Virus record (IMG/VR): IMGVR_UViG_3300025867_000015
Span: 1 to 64,000 of that record
Source: an uncultured virus (IMG/VR IMGVR_UViG_3300025867_000015)
Lineage: Duplodnaviria > Heunggongvirae > Uroviricota > Caudoviricetes
DNA: 64,000 bases
Strand: one strand, 5' to 3'
Shown: piece after piece, positions 40,065 through 50,401 of the stretch
Layout: each line of letters opens with the position of its first letter
How positions within the stretch are numbered: the first letter of the stretch is position 1
Made by a program: the position numbers and the translations under genes
Notes under the pieces: generated by a model
Databases searched by the model: none
The model's input: the letters and a program-made list of their open reading frames with translations, nothing else
Told to the model about the DNA's origin: nothing

Positions 40065-40628
40065 TTATGAATTCTGTGTCCAATTATCTTTTAATTTTTT
40101 AATAAACATTCCATTTATTTCTCCTTCAATAATTTCATTTACAAATTCTTCAGGAGTTACTGGTCTAGTTATCAATGACAATTTCTTATCCTTACTTTGT
40201 ATGGCCCAATACAAAGAATCTATAAACCCAAAGTTCTTTTTTGATTCAATTAGACTATTCTTCTTAGCTTGATAAATAGGATCTAAAATTATTGCCTGAT
40301 TTATAGAATCTTCAGTAAGTTTTATAGATACCAAATGTTCACCATCTGGAATAGTAAACTTACCTCCATTAACATTAGCTTCTCTTCTATATCTCTTACC
40401 TAAATCTGCCGAATATACATCACATTCTAGTTGTTTTAAAGATACAGCACTTTCTGCCTCTGCTCTTAATAACCCAATCTTATTCAAAAGAGCTGAAACT
40501 GTTACTATCTCACCATACAAATTACTATAATCTATAGAAGTTAATTCATCAACATTCACTTCATCTTTAAACCCTTCAAATTGAAGTACAACAGTCTGAT
40601 TACCAAAGAATATTGTTACATTAGACAT
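40065..40628 (-). CDS. Putative UvsY-like recombination mediator
   Basis: Helical protein with KLTEDSINQAI..DP.Y and AIQSKDKKL; located between the polymerase and SSB genes. Confidence 0.5.
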   Translation of the reverse strand: MSNVTIFFGNQTVVLQFEGFKDEVNVDELTSIDYSNLYGEIVTVSALLNKIGLLRAEAESAVSLKQLECDVYSADLGKRYRREANVNGGKFTIPDGEHLVSIKLTEDSINQAIILDPIYQAKKNSLIESKKNFGFIDSLYWAIQSKDKKLSLITRPVTPEEFVNEIIEGEINGMFIKKLKDNWTQNS

Positions 40629-40703
40629 ATAAATGTTTTATTTATTAAAATTAATAAAAATCTTTTTCACTAATTAAGTCTGAACAAATTATATTAAAAC
40701 TCT

Positions 40704-43700
40704 CTACCCTAATAATATAACCTCTGAACTATCCCAAATTTTTACTACTTTTTCTTTTCTATATTCATCTTCTCTTATCAACCCTGTAATAATTAGAAGC
40801 TTTTTTTCTGAACCAACTAATTGTATTCCTGAATCTAAAATACGTTTATATTGATCTGGGAATATATTAACCCAAACTGACTCACTATTACTGTCTAAAT
40901 TAATACTACAATACTTCCCTTTCTTCTTACTCTCTCGTTCTATAACTTCAATAATATACCCACCAATCCCATAATAGATGTTATCATTTGTATCATCTTG
41001 TATATCTGAACTATTTATATAAGTATAGTCTACTAAATATTTATCACAAATCTCTTCATAATTAAAAAATGCAATCCCTGTTAATCGTTTCTGTTGTAAA
41101 TCCCACCACCAATTATAATAAACAAACTCTTGATCAAGTGTAAATAAATCTCTCTCTTTATCCACTTTAATCTTCTTTATCTCTCTAAATTGTGTTAATA
41201 AACGAATCCGACCATTTGAAGTTTGAATATCTTCAATCTCATCAAAAGCACCTGAAAAAATTAAATTCTCTATATGAAGTTTATTAACTTTACTACCAGT
41301 AAAAGTATGACGTTGGACAAATTCTTCAAAACTAAAATACTTACCATTTTTTGATCGTTCTTGTAAAATTTGATCCATTGCTATCCCACCTACTTGCTTT
41401 ACAGAAGATAAAGTCCAATAAATTATATTAGAAAGATGATCAGATTTCACAGATGATTCAGAAACATTAATATTCGGAGATTTAATTTTTATATGGCCTG
41501 TTTTATTAATCTCTGAAACAAATTGAAATGTACGTTCTTCTCTTCTACTCTCATCAATAAATTCAAAAGCAGAAGTCCAAAACTCAATAGGATAGTGTAC
41601 TTTAAGATACTGACATATATACCCAGTAATAGTATAAGCTGCAGCATGTGATTTATTAAATCCATATAAAGCAAATCTCTCCATAACTTCCCAAATATGA
41701 ACTGCTTCATCATGAGGGCAACCTCTCTCTTCTGCCCCTTTAATAAAACGCTCTCTATAGGGGTCAGAATATTTTTTCTTCATCTTCCCTAGGGCCTTTC
41801 TAATCTCATCTGCTTCAATAAGTGTAAAACCACCAACTTGCACACATGTTTGCATAATCTGCTCCTGATAAATTAAAATCCCATAAGTCTCTTTTGTAAT
41901 AGATTCAGTACCCCAAAGATACTCGACTTCTTTTGATCCTTCTTTACGAAAGATATATTCATTATGAAGATTAGATTCAATAGGCCCCGGTCTATAAAGA
42001 GAAATAGCAGCTATTAAATCCCCTATATTTTCTGGTTTACTCTCTTTACAATACTTTGTTAATCCCTTCGCTCCAAAATGAAATACATCTTGATTCCACC
42101 CCTTACGAAAATACTTAAATACAATTTCATCATCATAAAAAAGTTTATAAATATCAGGTCTCTTCTTCCCATTAGCTTCTATAAGAGAAAGAATAAACTG
42201 AAACTTATCTAATTGTCTAATGCCTAAAATATCTTCTTTTAAAAGACCTATTGACTCTAATTCTCCGCCTTCCCACTCACTCACTAATAAATTTTCATTA
42301 TTTTTTGTCATTACACTTTTTACTGGGATCCAATGAAATATATCACGGTCCTCAGGTAAAATAATAGTAGCACAGGCATGAACAGATTGAGATCTTGGTA
42401 ATTTTAAAATTGATTCTAAATCGTTTACTAAGTCAACATGATTCTGAATAAAATTCATTATTCTACTATGTTGTAATGCATTTTTAAATATCCCAGCTAT
42501 AGAATCATCTTCATCATTAAGTACTGTAGTAATCCAATTTACGTCTCCAATATCAAGATTATAAATTCTTGATAGATCTTTAATTGCAGCCTTTAATTGT
42601 AGAGTAGTATATGTCCCAACAGAACAAACTTGATACTTTCCATATCGTTTCTCCATATAATGTTTAACATCATCTCTTCTATCGCCAGCAAAATCACAAT
42701 CTATATCAGGTAATGATCCCCCTTCCACACGCCCTTTATTAAGAAAACGTTCAAATAATAACCCAAACTCTATAGGGTCCAGATGGGTTATCCCTAGACA
42801 ATATGCAACCAAACACCCACCTGCTGATCCACGCCCAATCCCTGTCAATATCTCATTTCTGTTACTCCACTGTATAATATCCCACAAAATTAAAAAATAA
42901 TCAATAAACCCACCTAATTTAATTACTTCAACTTCTCTCTCAACTCTATCTAAATACTCTTTATATCTATTTTTGGGGACTCTTTTCTCTATTCCCTTCT
43001 CAATTAACCCCCAAAATAAATCTTCATTATCTTTATACTCTCTACTTTGCTCATCTGTCATTTTATAAATTGGAAGAAATTTCTTTGTAGAACTAATTTG
43101 AAAATTACACTGGGAACATAATAATAATTCATTAGATAATGCACTCTCAAAATAGTTAAATAAACGTTCTTCATCCTTGAATAAAACACTTAACTCATCA
43201 AAATATTCTAACTTGCTTTTAAAAAATTGGTTCAGAGATTTATATTCTTTTATTTCTGAAATTTGATTTAAACGTGTCTTAATAAAACTGTCCTCTTTAT
43301 CTAAATAAAAAGCATCTGTAATAGATATCGGAGATAGTTTACTATCTACAAACTTCTTAAGATTAACTAAGTACTCCTGATCTCTTTCTTTATCTTCATA
43401 TTCTACAGTGTCTAACTGATAGTAAATCTCCAATTTATTAAGAAAATCTAATACTCTATTAAAATTTATAGACTTTGGATCTAATACAACTACTATTCCT
43501 TCTAGTAACTCTAAAAATCTCTCCTGTTTAATAAACTTATTATTAGTGACATTTACTTCAGTATTAATTAATAATAAATTCTCCCACCCTATTGAGTTCT
43601 TAACATAGCACTTAACATCATACTTGTAATCTGTCTTACTTTGATAAACTGTATATGTTGCACCAATTATAGAAGATATTCCTGATGCTTGGCACTGATT

Positions 43701-44126
43701 CTGAAATCGTAAAACCCCTGCTAATGTATTTTTCTCACAAATTCCCAAATATTTAACATTTAAAAACTTAGCTTTTCTAATCCACTCACTATAATGTCCT
43801 GATCCATTTAACAACTCATACATCCCTCTAACACCTAAAAATGAAGTTGTTAAAATTTCTTCTTGTAAATTGCCTAAATATCTTAACTTAACTAGTTGAG
43901 GGTTATTAACAGAATCACTTGATATATAATACCACTTACCACCAAAATTAAAAACTAAATTTTCACCCTTAATATCATCTATAATTAAATGGAAATCTTC
44001 ATTAAACAACTTCTCTTCTGTAGGGGCTACTAATTGAAAAAGCTGATCATCAATTTTTAAAAGCTGATCATCAATTTCTTCAAACTTTATTTTCTTACTT
44101 ATAAGATATGATACTAACTCTTGCAT
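40704..44126 (-). CDS. dnaE: DNA polymerase III alpha subunit
   Basis: GIGRGSAGG, LLFERFLN, PDIDCDF, SLYRPGP, IYQEQIM, YGFNKSHAAAY. Confidence 0.97.
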   Translation of the reverse strand: MQELVSYLISKKIKFEEIDDQLLKIDDQLFQLVAPTEEKLFNEDFHLIIDDIKGENLVFNFGGKWYYISSDSVNNPQLVKLRYLGNLQEEILTTSFLGVRGMYELLNGSGHYSEWIRKAKFLNVKYLGICEKNTLAGVLRFQNQCQASGISSIIGATYTVYQSKTDYKYDVKCYVKNSIGWENLLLINTEVNVTNNKFIKQERFLELLEGIVVVLDPKSINFNRVLDFLNKLEIYYQLDTVEYEDKERDQEYLVNLKKFVDSKLSPISITDAFYLDKEDSFIKTRLNQISEIKEYKSLNQFFKSKLEYFDELSVLFKDEERLFNYFESALSNELLLCSQCNFQISSTKKFLPIYKMTDEQSREYKDNEDLFWGLIEKGIEKRVPKNRYKEYLDRVEREVEVIKLGGFIDYFLILWDIIQWSNRNEILTGIGRGSAGGCLVAYCLGITHLDPIEFGLLFERFLNKGRVEGGSLPDIDCDFAGDRRDDVKHYMEKRYGKYQVCSVGTYTTLQLKAAIKDLSRIYNLDIGDVNWITTVLNDEDDSIAGIFKNALQHSRIMNFIQNHVDLVNDLESILKLPRSQSVHACATIILPEDRDIFHWIPVKSVMTKNNENLLVSEWEGGELESIGLLKEDILGIRQLDKFQFILSLIEANGKKRPDIYKLFYDDEIVFKYFRKGWNQDVFHFGAKGLTKYCKESKPENIGDLIAAISLYRPGPIESNLHNEYIFRKEGSKEVEYLWGTESITKETYGILIYQEQIMQTCVQVGGFTLIEADEIRKALGKMKKKYSDPYRERFIKGAEERGCPHDEAVHIWEVMERFALYGFNKSHAAAYTITGYICQYLKVHYPIEFWTSAFEFIDESRREERTFQFVSEINKTGHIKIKSPNINVSESSVKSDHLSNIIYWTLSSVKQVGGIAMDQILQERSKNGKYFSFEEFVQRHTFTGSKVNKLHIENLIFSGAFDEIEDIQTSNGRIRLLTQFREIKKIKVDKERDLFTLDQEFVYYNWWWDLQQKRLTGIAFFNYEEICDKYLVDYTYINSSDIQDDTNDNIYYGIGGYIIEVIERESKKKGKYCSINLDSNSESVWVNIFPDQYKRILDSGIQLVGSEKKLLIITGLIREDEYRKEKVVKIWDSSEVILLG

Positions 44127-44127
44127 T

Positions 44128-44880
44128 TTACTCTCCCTTTATATCATCAAATAAAATAGGAATCTGTTTCTTAAAATCTTCTAATAAAGGACACATTAAC
44201 TCTCTCATTTGAGGATGTACACCTTCAGCAGTACGAAGTCTAAGTATATATCTCCATTCACGAATATTAGCACCAATTACAATCTCAGTTTTAAGAGAAT
44301 TAGGAAGGATACTACGAGCTTCTTGAGGAGACCACTTACGAAATCTTAAATCTACTTTACCAGTTTTAGGATTAATTTGATTAACAAGATTATTATATTT
44401 TATTTCATCTTTATTAATACTATCTAACCAAGTAAGAGTACCATCATACTCACTAAAATTATCATAGTCTTTATTTAGATTATAGACACCCTCTTTAATA
44501 TCTAACCAACTAGGAATAATAAACTCAATATCTTTCCCATTAGCATAATTACAATATCTCGTACTTTCTTGTACAAAACTTGCAAGTCTATGTCTAACTA
44601 GTTCATGAGTTACTCCCCTATCACAAATAAAGCGAACATTAATCATCCCACCTAATTCAAGCGGCGCTTCATGTCCACGTTTAAGAAGTTTAGAAAGAAA
44701 TTCATGTGCTGAAATACCAATTCGTGAATACTCTTTCCCTCCAATATTAGTTCTCTGTTCTAAAATCTCTATCTTACCTTCACTTTTATAAGCAGTTCTC
44801 CCAGCAGCTTCAATAGCAATAAGAATCTCTTCTCCATTGATAGGAGTCTCAATTCTATAACTTGGTTTTATCAGTTTCAT
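44128..44880 (-). CDS. thyX: FAD-dependent thymidylate synthase
   Basis: GHEAPLE, THELVRHR..SFVQESTRY, QEARSILPN, HPQMR. Confidence 0.95.
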   Translation of the reverse strand: MKLIKPSYRIETPINGEEILIAIEAAGRTAYKSEGKIEILEQRTNIGGKEYSRIGISAHEFLSKLLKRGHEAPLELGGMINVRFICDRGVTHELVRHRLASFVQESTRYCNYANGKDIEFIIPSWLDIKEGVYNLNKDYDNFSEYDGTLTWLDSINKDEIKYNNLVNQINPKTGKVDLRFRKWSPQEARSILPNSLKTEIVIGANIREWRYILRLRTAEGVHPQMRELMCPLLEDFKKQIPILFDDIKGE

Positions 44881-45202
44881 CTTTCTTTGATTTAATGTAT
44901 CCAGACATTAATAATGCATAATTAGCAAGATCAAGTAATGTATCTTCTATTTTTTCATTCTCTACTCTAGTAACACCCTGTAGAACAAAAGAATTTACAC
45001 GCGAAATCTTATCCATCATACGTGTTAGAAAACCTTGTTCTACAGAAGCAACCCCTATCTTTTCAACAACTTTGAAATTTGCAAAAGCATCAAGTTTATC
45101 AAAACCTGAATAATCATGATTCTTTGCAGACACTATTTTATGTATTCTATCACAACATTCTTTATGATAGATAAGAAATTCTTCATTATTCATATGACAC
45201 AT
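44855..45202 (-). CDS. Nucleotide-modification-associated alpha-helical protein (DUF1599/Nmad1-like)
   Basis: KNHDYS, ANF, RMMDKISR, EDTLLDLANY. Confidence 0.75.
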   Translation of the reverse strand: MCHMNNEEFLIYHKECCDRIHKIVSAKNHDYSGFDKLDAFANFKVVEKIGVASVEQGFLTRMMDKISRVNSFVLQGVTRVENEKIEDTLLDLANYALLMSGYIKSKKDETDKTKL

Positions 45203-45917
45203 ACTTTACAGGATCAACTATCCCAACTCTATCAAATGCTTCCAGTCTCTCTGTACACGACCCACACTTTCCACATGATTCACCTTTTTCATTAGGTCGG
45301 TAACATGTATTCGTATTTTCAAAAATCATAAAAGGGTCAATCTTTAATATCACACAACTTGCTAATGCATCTCTTAATATATCAGCCTTATCTAATTGAA
45401 GATAGGGAAGATAGTTAGATACACGTTCAGACCCCCAGTTACCAATTTTAAATGCATAATCTAATGCTGTATGAAACTCTGGACGACAATCAGGGTAAAT
45501 AGCATGGTCACCTGAATGTGTACCTAAGCATATCTGAATATCTTCATCTAAACTCTTAGATAGTGAAAGCGCATACCCATATATAAGAGATGAAAAGATT
45601 GCATTACGATTAGGAACCACTGTACTCTTCATATTCTCATCTGCATAGTGCCCTTCTGGCACATTCATTGAATCAGAAGTCAATGATGAATGAAACTTTC
45701 TCATTATCTGTGAAAGATCAATTACTTCCCACTCTATTTTTGATTCTGTAAGTATCTGAAGAAATCTTATATTCTTCTCAACTCTTTCTAGTTCTATAAC
45801 ATGTTTCTGCCCATAGTTAAATGAAATACAGTGTACAAAATAATCTCTTGATAGAAGATGTAGTAAAAGAGAAGTAGAGTCCATACCTCCACTAATTGAT
45901 AGAACGGCGTGTTTCAT
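45186..45917 (-). CDS. queC: 7-cyano-7-deazaguanine synthase
   Basis: SGGMDS, YGQKH, VPNRN, YPDCRPEF, TCY...CGKCGSC.ER. Confidence 0.97.
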   Translation of the reverse strand: MKHAVLSISGGMDSTSLLLHLLSRDYFVHCISFNYGQKHVIELERVEKNIRFLQILTESKIEWEVIDLSQIMRKFHSSLTSDSMNVPEGHYADENMKSTVVPNRNAIFSSLIYGYALSLSKSLDEDIQICLGTHSGDHAIYPDCRPEFHTALDYAFKIGNWGSERVSNYLPYLQLDKADILRDALASCVILKIDPFMIFENTNTCYRPNEKGESCGKCGSCTERLEAFDRVGIVDPVKYVSYE

Positions 45918-45954
45918 TTTTTAAAATTAAGTACAATTGATTTCAAACTTAGAT

Positions 45955-46767
45955 TTATTGTTGTAATAACTTAGAAAGTGATGGCATATTAAAGTCTGGG
46001 TATGACAATCTAAATGGGTTTATATCAATTCCGCCCCGTCTTGTATATTGACATAAAACTGAAAGATAAGTAGGCTTTAATTCATTATAAAGATCGTTAT
46101 AAATTCTCTCACAAACAACTTCATGAAACCCTTGATGTTTTCGAAATGATACTAAATATTTAAGTAATGACTCGTAGTCAACTCGACGACTCCCAATGTA
46201 TTCAATTGTAACACGACCCCAGTCTGGTTGATTTGTAACTTCACAATTTGAACGTAATAAATTAGAGTATAAAAGTTGTTTGGTATAACCTGATTCATAA
46301 GACTTAAGTAATTTAGGGTTATACTCATACTCATTAATTTTAATACTTTTACATTCTCTCTCTAAACAAATCTTATCTTCAACTCTAGATCTTGGGAAAC
46401 TATTTAATTTCTCTACAAAAACTTCAGTGCCAACTTTCCTAGATAAATCTCTTTCAATAATTCGCTTAACTTCTGCAATCCCTGAAAAGCATGTATTATT
46501 AAATGAATTCAAATATAACTTTAAAGATTTTGATTCAAAAATATACTCAGAATATGCAAAATTATAAATTCGTAGTACACAAAAATAAGGTAACCCACTT
46601 TTCAATAAAAAAGAAAATTCATATGCTGTCCATATATCAATCCCAAACATCAAAGATGACATCCCCTTACGTCTCTCTGAACGAGGAAAAACATCAATTA
46701 AATCAGAATTATACTCATTGTCATATTGGGTCTTCTGGCCTAATTTAAAACTGTTTGACTTATTCAT
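45955..46767 (-). CDS. queF: preQ0 reductase, bimodular (type II)
   Basis: D.WTAYE, ESKSLKLYLNSF, SNCEVTNQPDWG, FHE..CERI, YTRRGGIDINP; start placed at the ATG at 46767. Confidence 0.93.
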   Translation of the reverse strand: MNKSNSFKLGQKTQYDNEYNSDLIDVFPRSERRKGMSSLMFGIDIWTAYEFSFLLKSGLPYFCVLRIYNFAYSEYIFESKSLKLYLNSFNNTCFSGIAEVKRIIERDLSRKVGTEVFVEKLNSFPRSRVEDKICLERECKSIKINEYEYNPKLLKSYESGYTKQLLYSNLLRSNCEVTNQPDWGRVTIEYIGSRRVDYESLLKYLVSFRKHQGFHEVVCERIYNDLYNELKPTYLSVLCQYTRRGGIDINPFRLSYPDFNMPSLSKLLQQ

Positions 46768-47299
46768 GACTATAAATTTTATTAAATTGATCAACTCGTT
46801 CTTGTATAGATCCCTTTAACTGGAATACTGGCAAATTATTTTGCTTAAAAAATCGATCAAACATATAATCTACTTCAATTTGAAAATCCATATTCATACT
46901 TCGAACTGAGTCATCATCTATCTCTTGTTCAGGTCTTAACCATACAATTAAATCAAACTTCTTAATAAGAAGATTACACATACTTCGATTTATATCAATC
47001 ACCCAACTTGGTAATTTATCATATAAATATAATGAATAAATCAATGTATCTAAAATACTTCTATCATAAATTACTTTACTATCTTCATTTTCTATAAGAT
47101 TTAAAAAATCCTTACACATACAATATAATTGTGTATATTCATCTCCACTTTCATTGATCTCAAGTCCTAAATTTCTAGCACTTCGTGTAACACCACCAAT
47201 AAACTTAAAATCTCGAAACTTATCCAACTTTTTCAATTCTTCAAGTAAAGTTGATTTACCTGTACTATGTGTCCCTGTAATTAATATCTTAGTTCCCAT
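46760..47299 (-). CDS. P-loop nucleotide kinase-like protein
   Basis: ITGTHSTGKST, DRSILD, DDSVR. Confidence 0.75.
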   Translation of the reverse strand: MGTKILITGTHSTGKSTLLEELKKLDKFRDFKFIGGVTRSARNLGLEINESGDEYTQLYCMCKDFLNLIENEDSKVIYDRSILDTLIYSLYLYDKLPSWVIDINRSMCNLLIKKFDLIVWLRPEQEIDDDSVRSMNMDFQIEVDYMFDRFFKQNNLPVFQLKGSIQERVDQFNKIYSHE

Positions 47300-48083
47300 T
47301 TACTAACTGTTTAAAAATCTTAATATTATTATTAATTGCTACTCTTTGTAAATCCGTAACTTTTGCATCAATCAATTCAAATAATTTAATAGACTCCTTC
47401 TTCTCTAGCCCATATTGATCATAGTAAATCTCTAACAAACCATGTACAATAGGGGAGGAAGTATCAATAGATTGAATAAAATCATAGACATTAGATTGAT
47501 AAAAAAGAAATTCTTGTGGTAAACTACACCCTAATAAATGATGAGGTTTCTTTTTATTTATTATTCTCTCTCTCACTAATTTTACTATCAAAGACTGTCT
47601 CCCATACACCCAATTTTTAAATTTATTAGTAAGTTCAAATATACTTTCATAATAACTATAGTCAAAAGAAATAGCTATAACATCACAATATCTATCTATT
47701 TCTTGATAACACTCTACTAAATCTTCATATGTCTTCCCTTGGACCACCCCTATTTTCTTTCCAGGCAAAAAATTATACTTTGATACCCAATTATGTAAAC
47801 GTTCAATTGTAGCCTTACTATCTTCTAGAACATCAGGGATAATATAGTAAGTTGGCTGTAGTCTCTCTACCCATGTTGCAAATTGGTCATTATCAAAAGA
47901 CTTCCCAAGTTCAAATATCGAATTATCTAATATTACTTCACGACCTAACTTTAATGACTCTACAAAAAACTGATAATATTGTGGATATTGTTCAAATAAA
48001 TGGACTAGTGCATAATCATAGTCATTAAAACTACGACTTTCTGATAAAAGTGCTAGAGGGCACTCATGTGATATTTTTCTCAT
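47289..48083 (-). CDS. TGT-fold transglycosylase, DpdA-like (7-deazaguanine insertion into DNA)
   Basis: ILDNSIFE, PDVL, GVVQG, HLLG and SIDTS motifs; embedded in the que cluster. Confidence 0.75.
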   Translation of the reverse strand: MRKISHECPLALLSESRSFNDYDYALVHLFEQYPQYYQFFVESLKLGREVILDNSIFELGKSFDNDQFATWVERLQPTYYIIPDVLEDSKATIERLHNWVSKYNFLPGKKIGVVQGKTYEDLVECYQEIDRYCDVIAISFDYSYYESIFELTNKFKNWVYGRQSLIVKLVRERIINKKKPHHLLGCSLPQEFLFYQSNVYDFIQSIDTSSPIVHGLLEIYYDQYGLEKKESIKLFELIDAKVTDLQRVAINNNIKIFKQLVNGN

Positions 48084-48161
48084 TTCTTAAAGTTGTATTT
48101 ATATACTCTAACATATCACAATATCTATATCAAATATAATCAGCTCTAAACTAATTTATTA

Positions 48162-48202
48162 TATAGTATAGAGAGACTTTGTCAAAGTCTCTCTATACTA
48201 TA
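48162..48202. repeat. Perfect 20-bp inverted repeat with 1-nt spacer
   Basis: TATAGTATAGAGAGACTTTG-T-CAAAGTCTCTCTATACTATA. Confidence 0.9.
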
Positions 48203-48217
48203 CTGCTATCTCTTATA

Positions 48218-48925
48218 TTACTTACTCTGAGAATAGGTAGAAGCAAAGTTGAACAAAGATTTAGGGGTCTTATAAAACTCCCGACTGTCTCCCTCCACTT
48301 TAATTATAAAGAAGGCACAATTGCCCTGAGGATCCCAAACAAAAGATTTTATTTTACCTGATAAAATAGCCCCAGGATTTATTTTGCTTCTTTTTGAGAC
48401 TTCAAATGTAACATCTTGTCCAATTTCATATCCCATTTTATCAACAGAATCAAGAAATTCTTGATACTTCTTTACTCTAACAGTAAAGGAAGCAATAACT
48501 TCTTCTTTTTTAATCTCAGAGATTACTGTTTCAATAGTATTTTTCTCTGTCTTATTAACAGATGTTGCTTTCTTATTTAAATCGCCAGGCACATCAATAT
48601 CAATGTCTGTTGAGTAAAAAAGCTTAGGTAAATCTTTGCCATCCAAAAGAATAGAGGCACAATCATCACCCTGTATTTTCTTCAAGCGAACAACTGTTCC
48701 CGGAAACCAATTCCCACCTATTCTAACACTTACTCTTTGTCCCTTATTAATAGGGAGATTATGACGATCAGTAAAAATCTCCTCTGAAGTCACAGTAGCA
48801 GGATTTTCAATAAGGGCGTTGATCATCTCTTCTTTAGTCATCCGACCATAATTTTTAATCTTACCTTTACATTCTTCACGAAGTGATAAAGTGGTCATTT
48901 TCTCTAAATCTGTTCTTGTTTTCAT
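48218..48925 (-). CDS. Rho-N (HEH)-domain nucleic-acid-binding protein
   Basis: LEKMT..SLREECK..IKNYGRMTKEEMINAL followed by SH3/KOW-like segments. Confidence 0.55.
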   Translation of the reverse strand: MKTRTDLEKMTTLSLREECKGKIKNYGRMTKEEMINALIENPATVTSEEIFTDRHNLPINKGQRVSVRIGGNWFPGTVVRLKKIQGDDCASILLDGKDLPKLFYSTDIDIDVPGDLNKKATSVNKTEKNTIETVISEIKKEEVIASFTVRVKKYQEFLDSVDKMGYEIGQDVTFEVSKRSKINPGAILSGKIKSFVWDPQGNCAFFIIKVEGDSREFYKTPKSLFNFASTYSQSK

Positions 48926-49038
48926 GATTTTTATGTATTTGAATTATGGATTAAAAATATAAAATTTATATTTACGAATCTAATTTTCAATCAAAATAAT
49001 TTATAAAAACCATAAATTTATAATGATTTTAAATAAAA

Positions 49039-49473
49039 CTACTTAGAACCAGTATGCCCAAATCCACCTGTTCCACGATCAGTATCACTTACTTCATTTA
49101 CCAACTCTAAAGATACTTCATTTACCTTTTCAAAGTAAATTTGAGCAATTCTATCTCCAATTTTATATGGGAATTCTGGTTCCTCCCCAGTATCAATATG
49201 AGTAAATCTTACTTGCCATTCACCACGATATGAAGAATCCACCTGACCTGGGCTATTAAGCATTGTCCAATTAGTCTTAGTTATACTACTTCTTGGTACA
49301 ATGACCCCCTTCCAACCTATAGGTATCTCTGTAGAAAAACCTAAATAACAGATACATTTATGTCCTAATTTCTCTATATGATGTACTACAACATCGAAAC
49401 AAGCATCAGTACTGAAACTTTTTTCAGGTAACTTAAAATTATCTCTAAGTTGTTTAAATTTTATTGTTGTCAT
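49039..49473 (-). CDS. dut: dUTPase
   Basis: ACFDV, PRSS, GQVDSSYRGE, GDRIAQ, RGTGGFGHTG. Confidence 0.95.
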   Translation of the reverse strand: MTTIKFKQLRDNFKLPEKSFSTDACFDVVVHHIEKLGHKCICYLGFSTEIPIGWKGVIVPRSSITKTNWTMLNSPGQVDSSYRGEWQVRFTHIDTGEEPEFPYKIGDRIAQIYFEKVNEVSLELVNEVSDTDRGTGGFGHTGSK

Positions 49474-49484
49474 ACTATATAAAT

Positions 49485-49814
49485 TTAACGATCATCACCA
49501 GAACTTTGAATTACTTCACGTTGAATACGATCTTCAAGTTTAATAAGATTCAATTCAGCAGCTTCTTCTAAAGTAAATCCTAACTCCTCTGAAAGACGAT
49601 TCAAATACCATAATACATCTCCAATCTCTTTCTTAATTGCATTTATATGTTCTTCTCCAAATATCCCAGCATTGTCTCTATAAACCTTCTTTACTTTTTC
49701 ACCTACTTCTCCTGCTTCACCATTAATCCCTAAAGCTAGATAGAGTGGGGCTATATTACGAGGGTAAATTAAAACTTGACTAGATAGTTCACTATACTCT
49801 TTAAAAGAAATCAT
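49485..49814 (-). CDS. MazG-like nucleotide pyrophosphohydrolase
   Basis: LGINGEAGEV.EKVKK, KEIGDVLWY, N..KL.DR. Confidence 0.9.
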   Translation of the reverse strand: MISFKEYSELSSQVLIYPRNIAPLYLALGINGEAGEVGEKVKKVYRDNAGIFGEEHINAIKKEIGDVLWYLNRLSEELGFTLEEAAELNLIKLEDRIQREVIQSSGDDR

Positions 49815-50401
49815 TTTTTTAAATCATTTATAAAGTGATAAAATTCTTCTCTTGATTTATCAGTATTATCTAAGAAGACACCAGATAATTTAGAAGTTTT
49901 CATAGTTGAATCTTGTCTTATACCTCGATGAGACACACAAGTATGTTGAGCTTCAATTAACACTGCTATCCCCTTACTATCTTGTAAAATCTCTTGCAAA
50001 AAATTATGTATTTGCATTGTAAGATTTTCTTGAACTTGAGGTCTTCTTGAAAAATACTCAACAATTCGATTCAACTTAGAGAGACCAATAATACGATTCG
50101 AACTCCCTGGGATATAAGCTACATAAGCCTTACCCCAGAAGGGCATATGATGATGAGAGCATTGAGACTTCACTTCAATATTCCCTTGAAAGACAATCCC
50201 ATCATAAACTTCACAATTTTCAAAAACAGTAATTACAGGTTCTTCACTATACAGTCCCTTCCATAAATCTTGAAGAAACATTTTTGCAACTCTCTTAGGG
50301 GTATCTTTCGAATTTGGATCTTCTCTCCAATTAGGAAGAACCACATCCATAAATTTAGCATAAGCTTGTTCAGCCGCTATAAGTTTTTCACTATCAATCA
50401 T
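49811..50401 (-). CDS. folE: GTP cyclohydrolase I
   Basis: TPKRVAKM, SQCSHH.MPF, GLSKLNR, QVQE.LT, H.CVSHRG. Confidence 0.96.
   Translation of the reverse strand: MIDSEKLIAAEQAYAKFMDVVLPNWREDPNSKDTPKRVAKMFLQDLWKGLYSEEPVITVFENCEVYDGIVFQGNIEVKSQCSHHHMPFWGKAYVAYIPGSSNRIIGLSKLNRIVEYFSRRPQVQENLTMQIHNFLQEILQDSKGIAVLIEAQHTCVSHRGIRQDSTMKTSKLSGVFLDNTDKSREEFYHFINDLKK

Noticed and set aside
44038..44077. 21-bp-period duplication at the start of dnaE
   Set aside because: A simple in-frame duplication (IDDQLLKIDDQLF) with no sign of further function.
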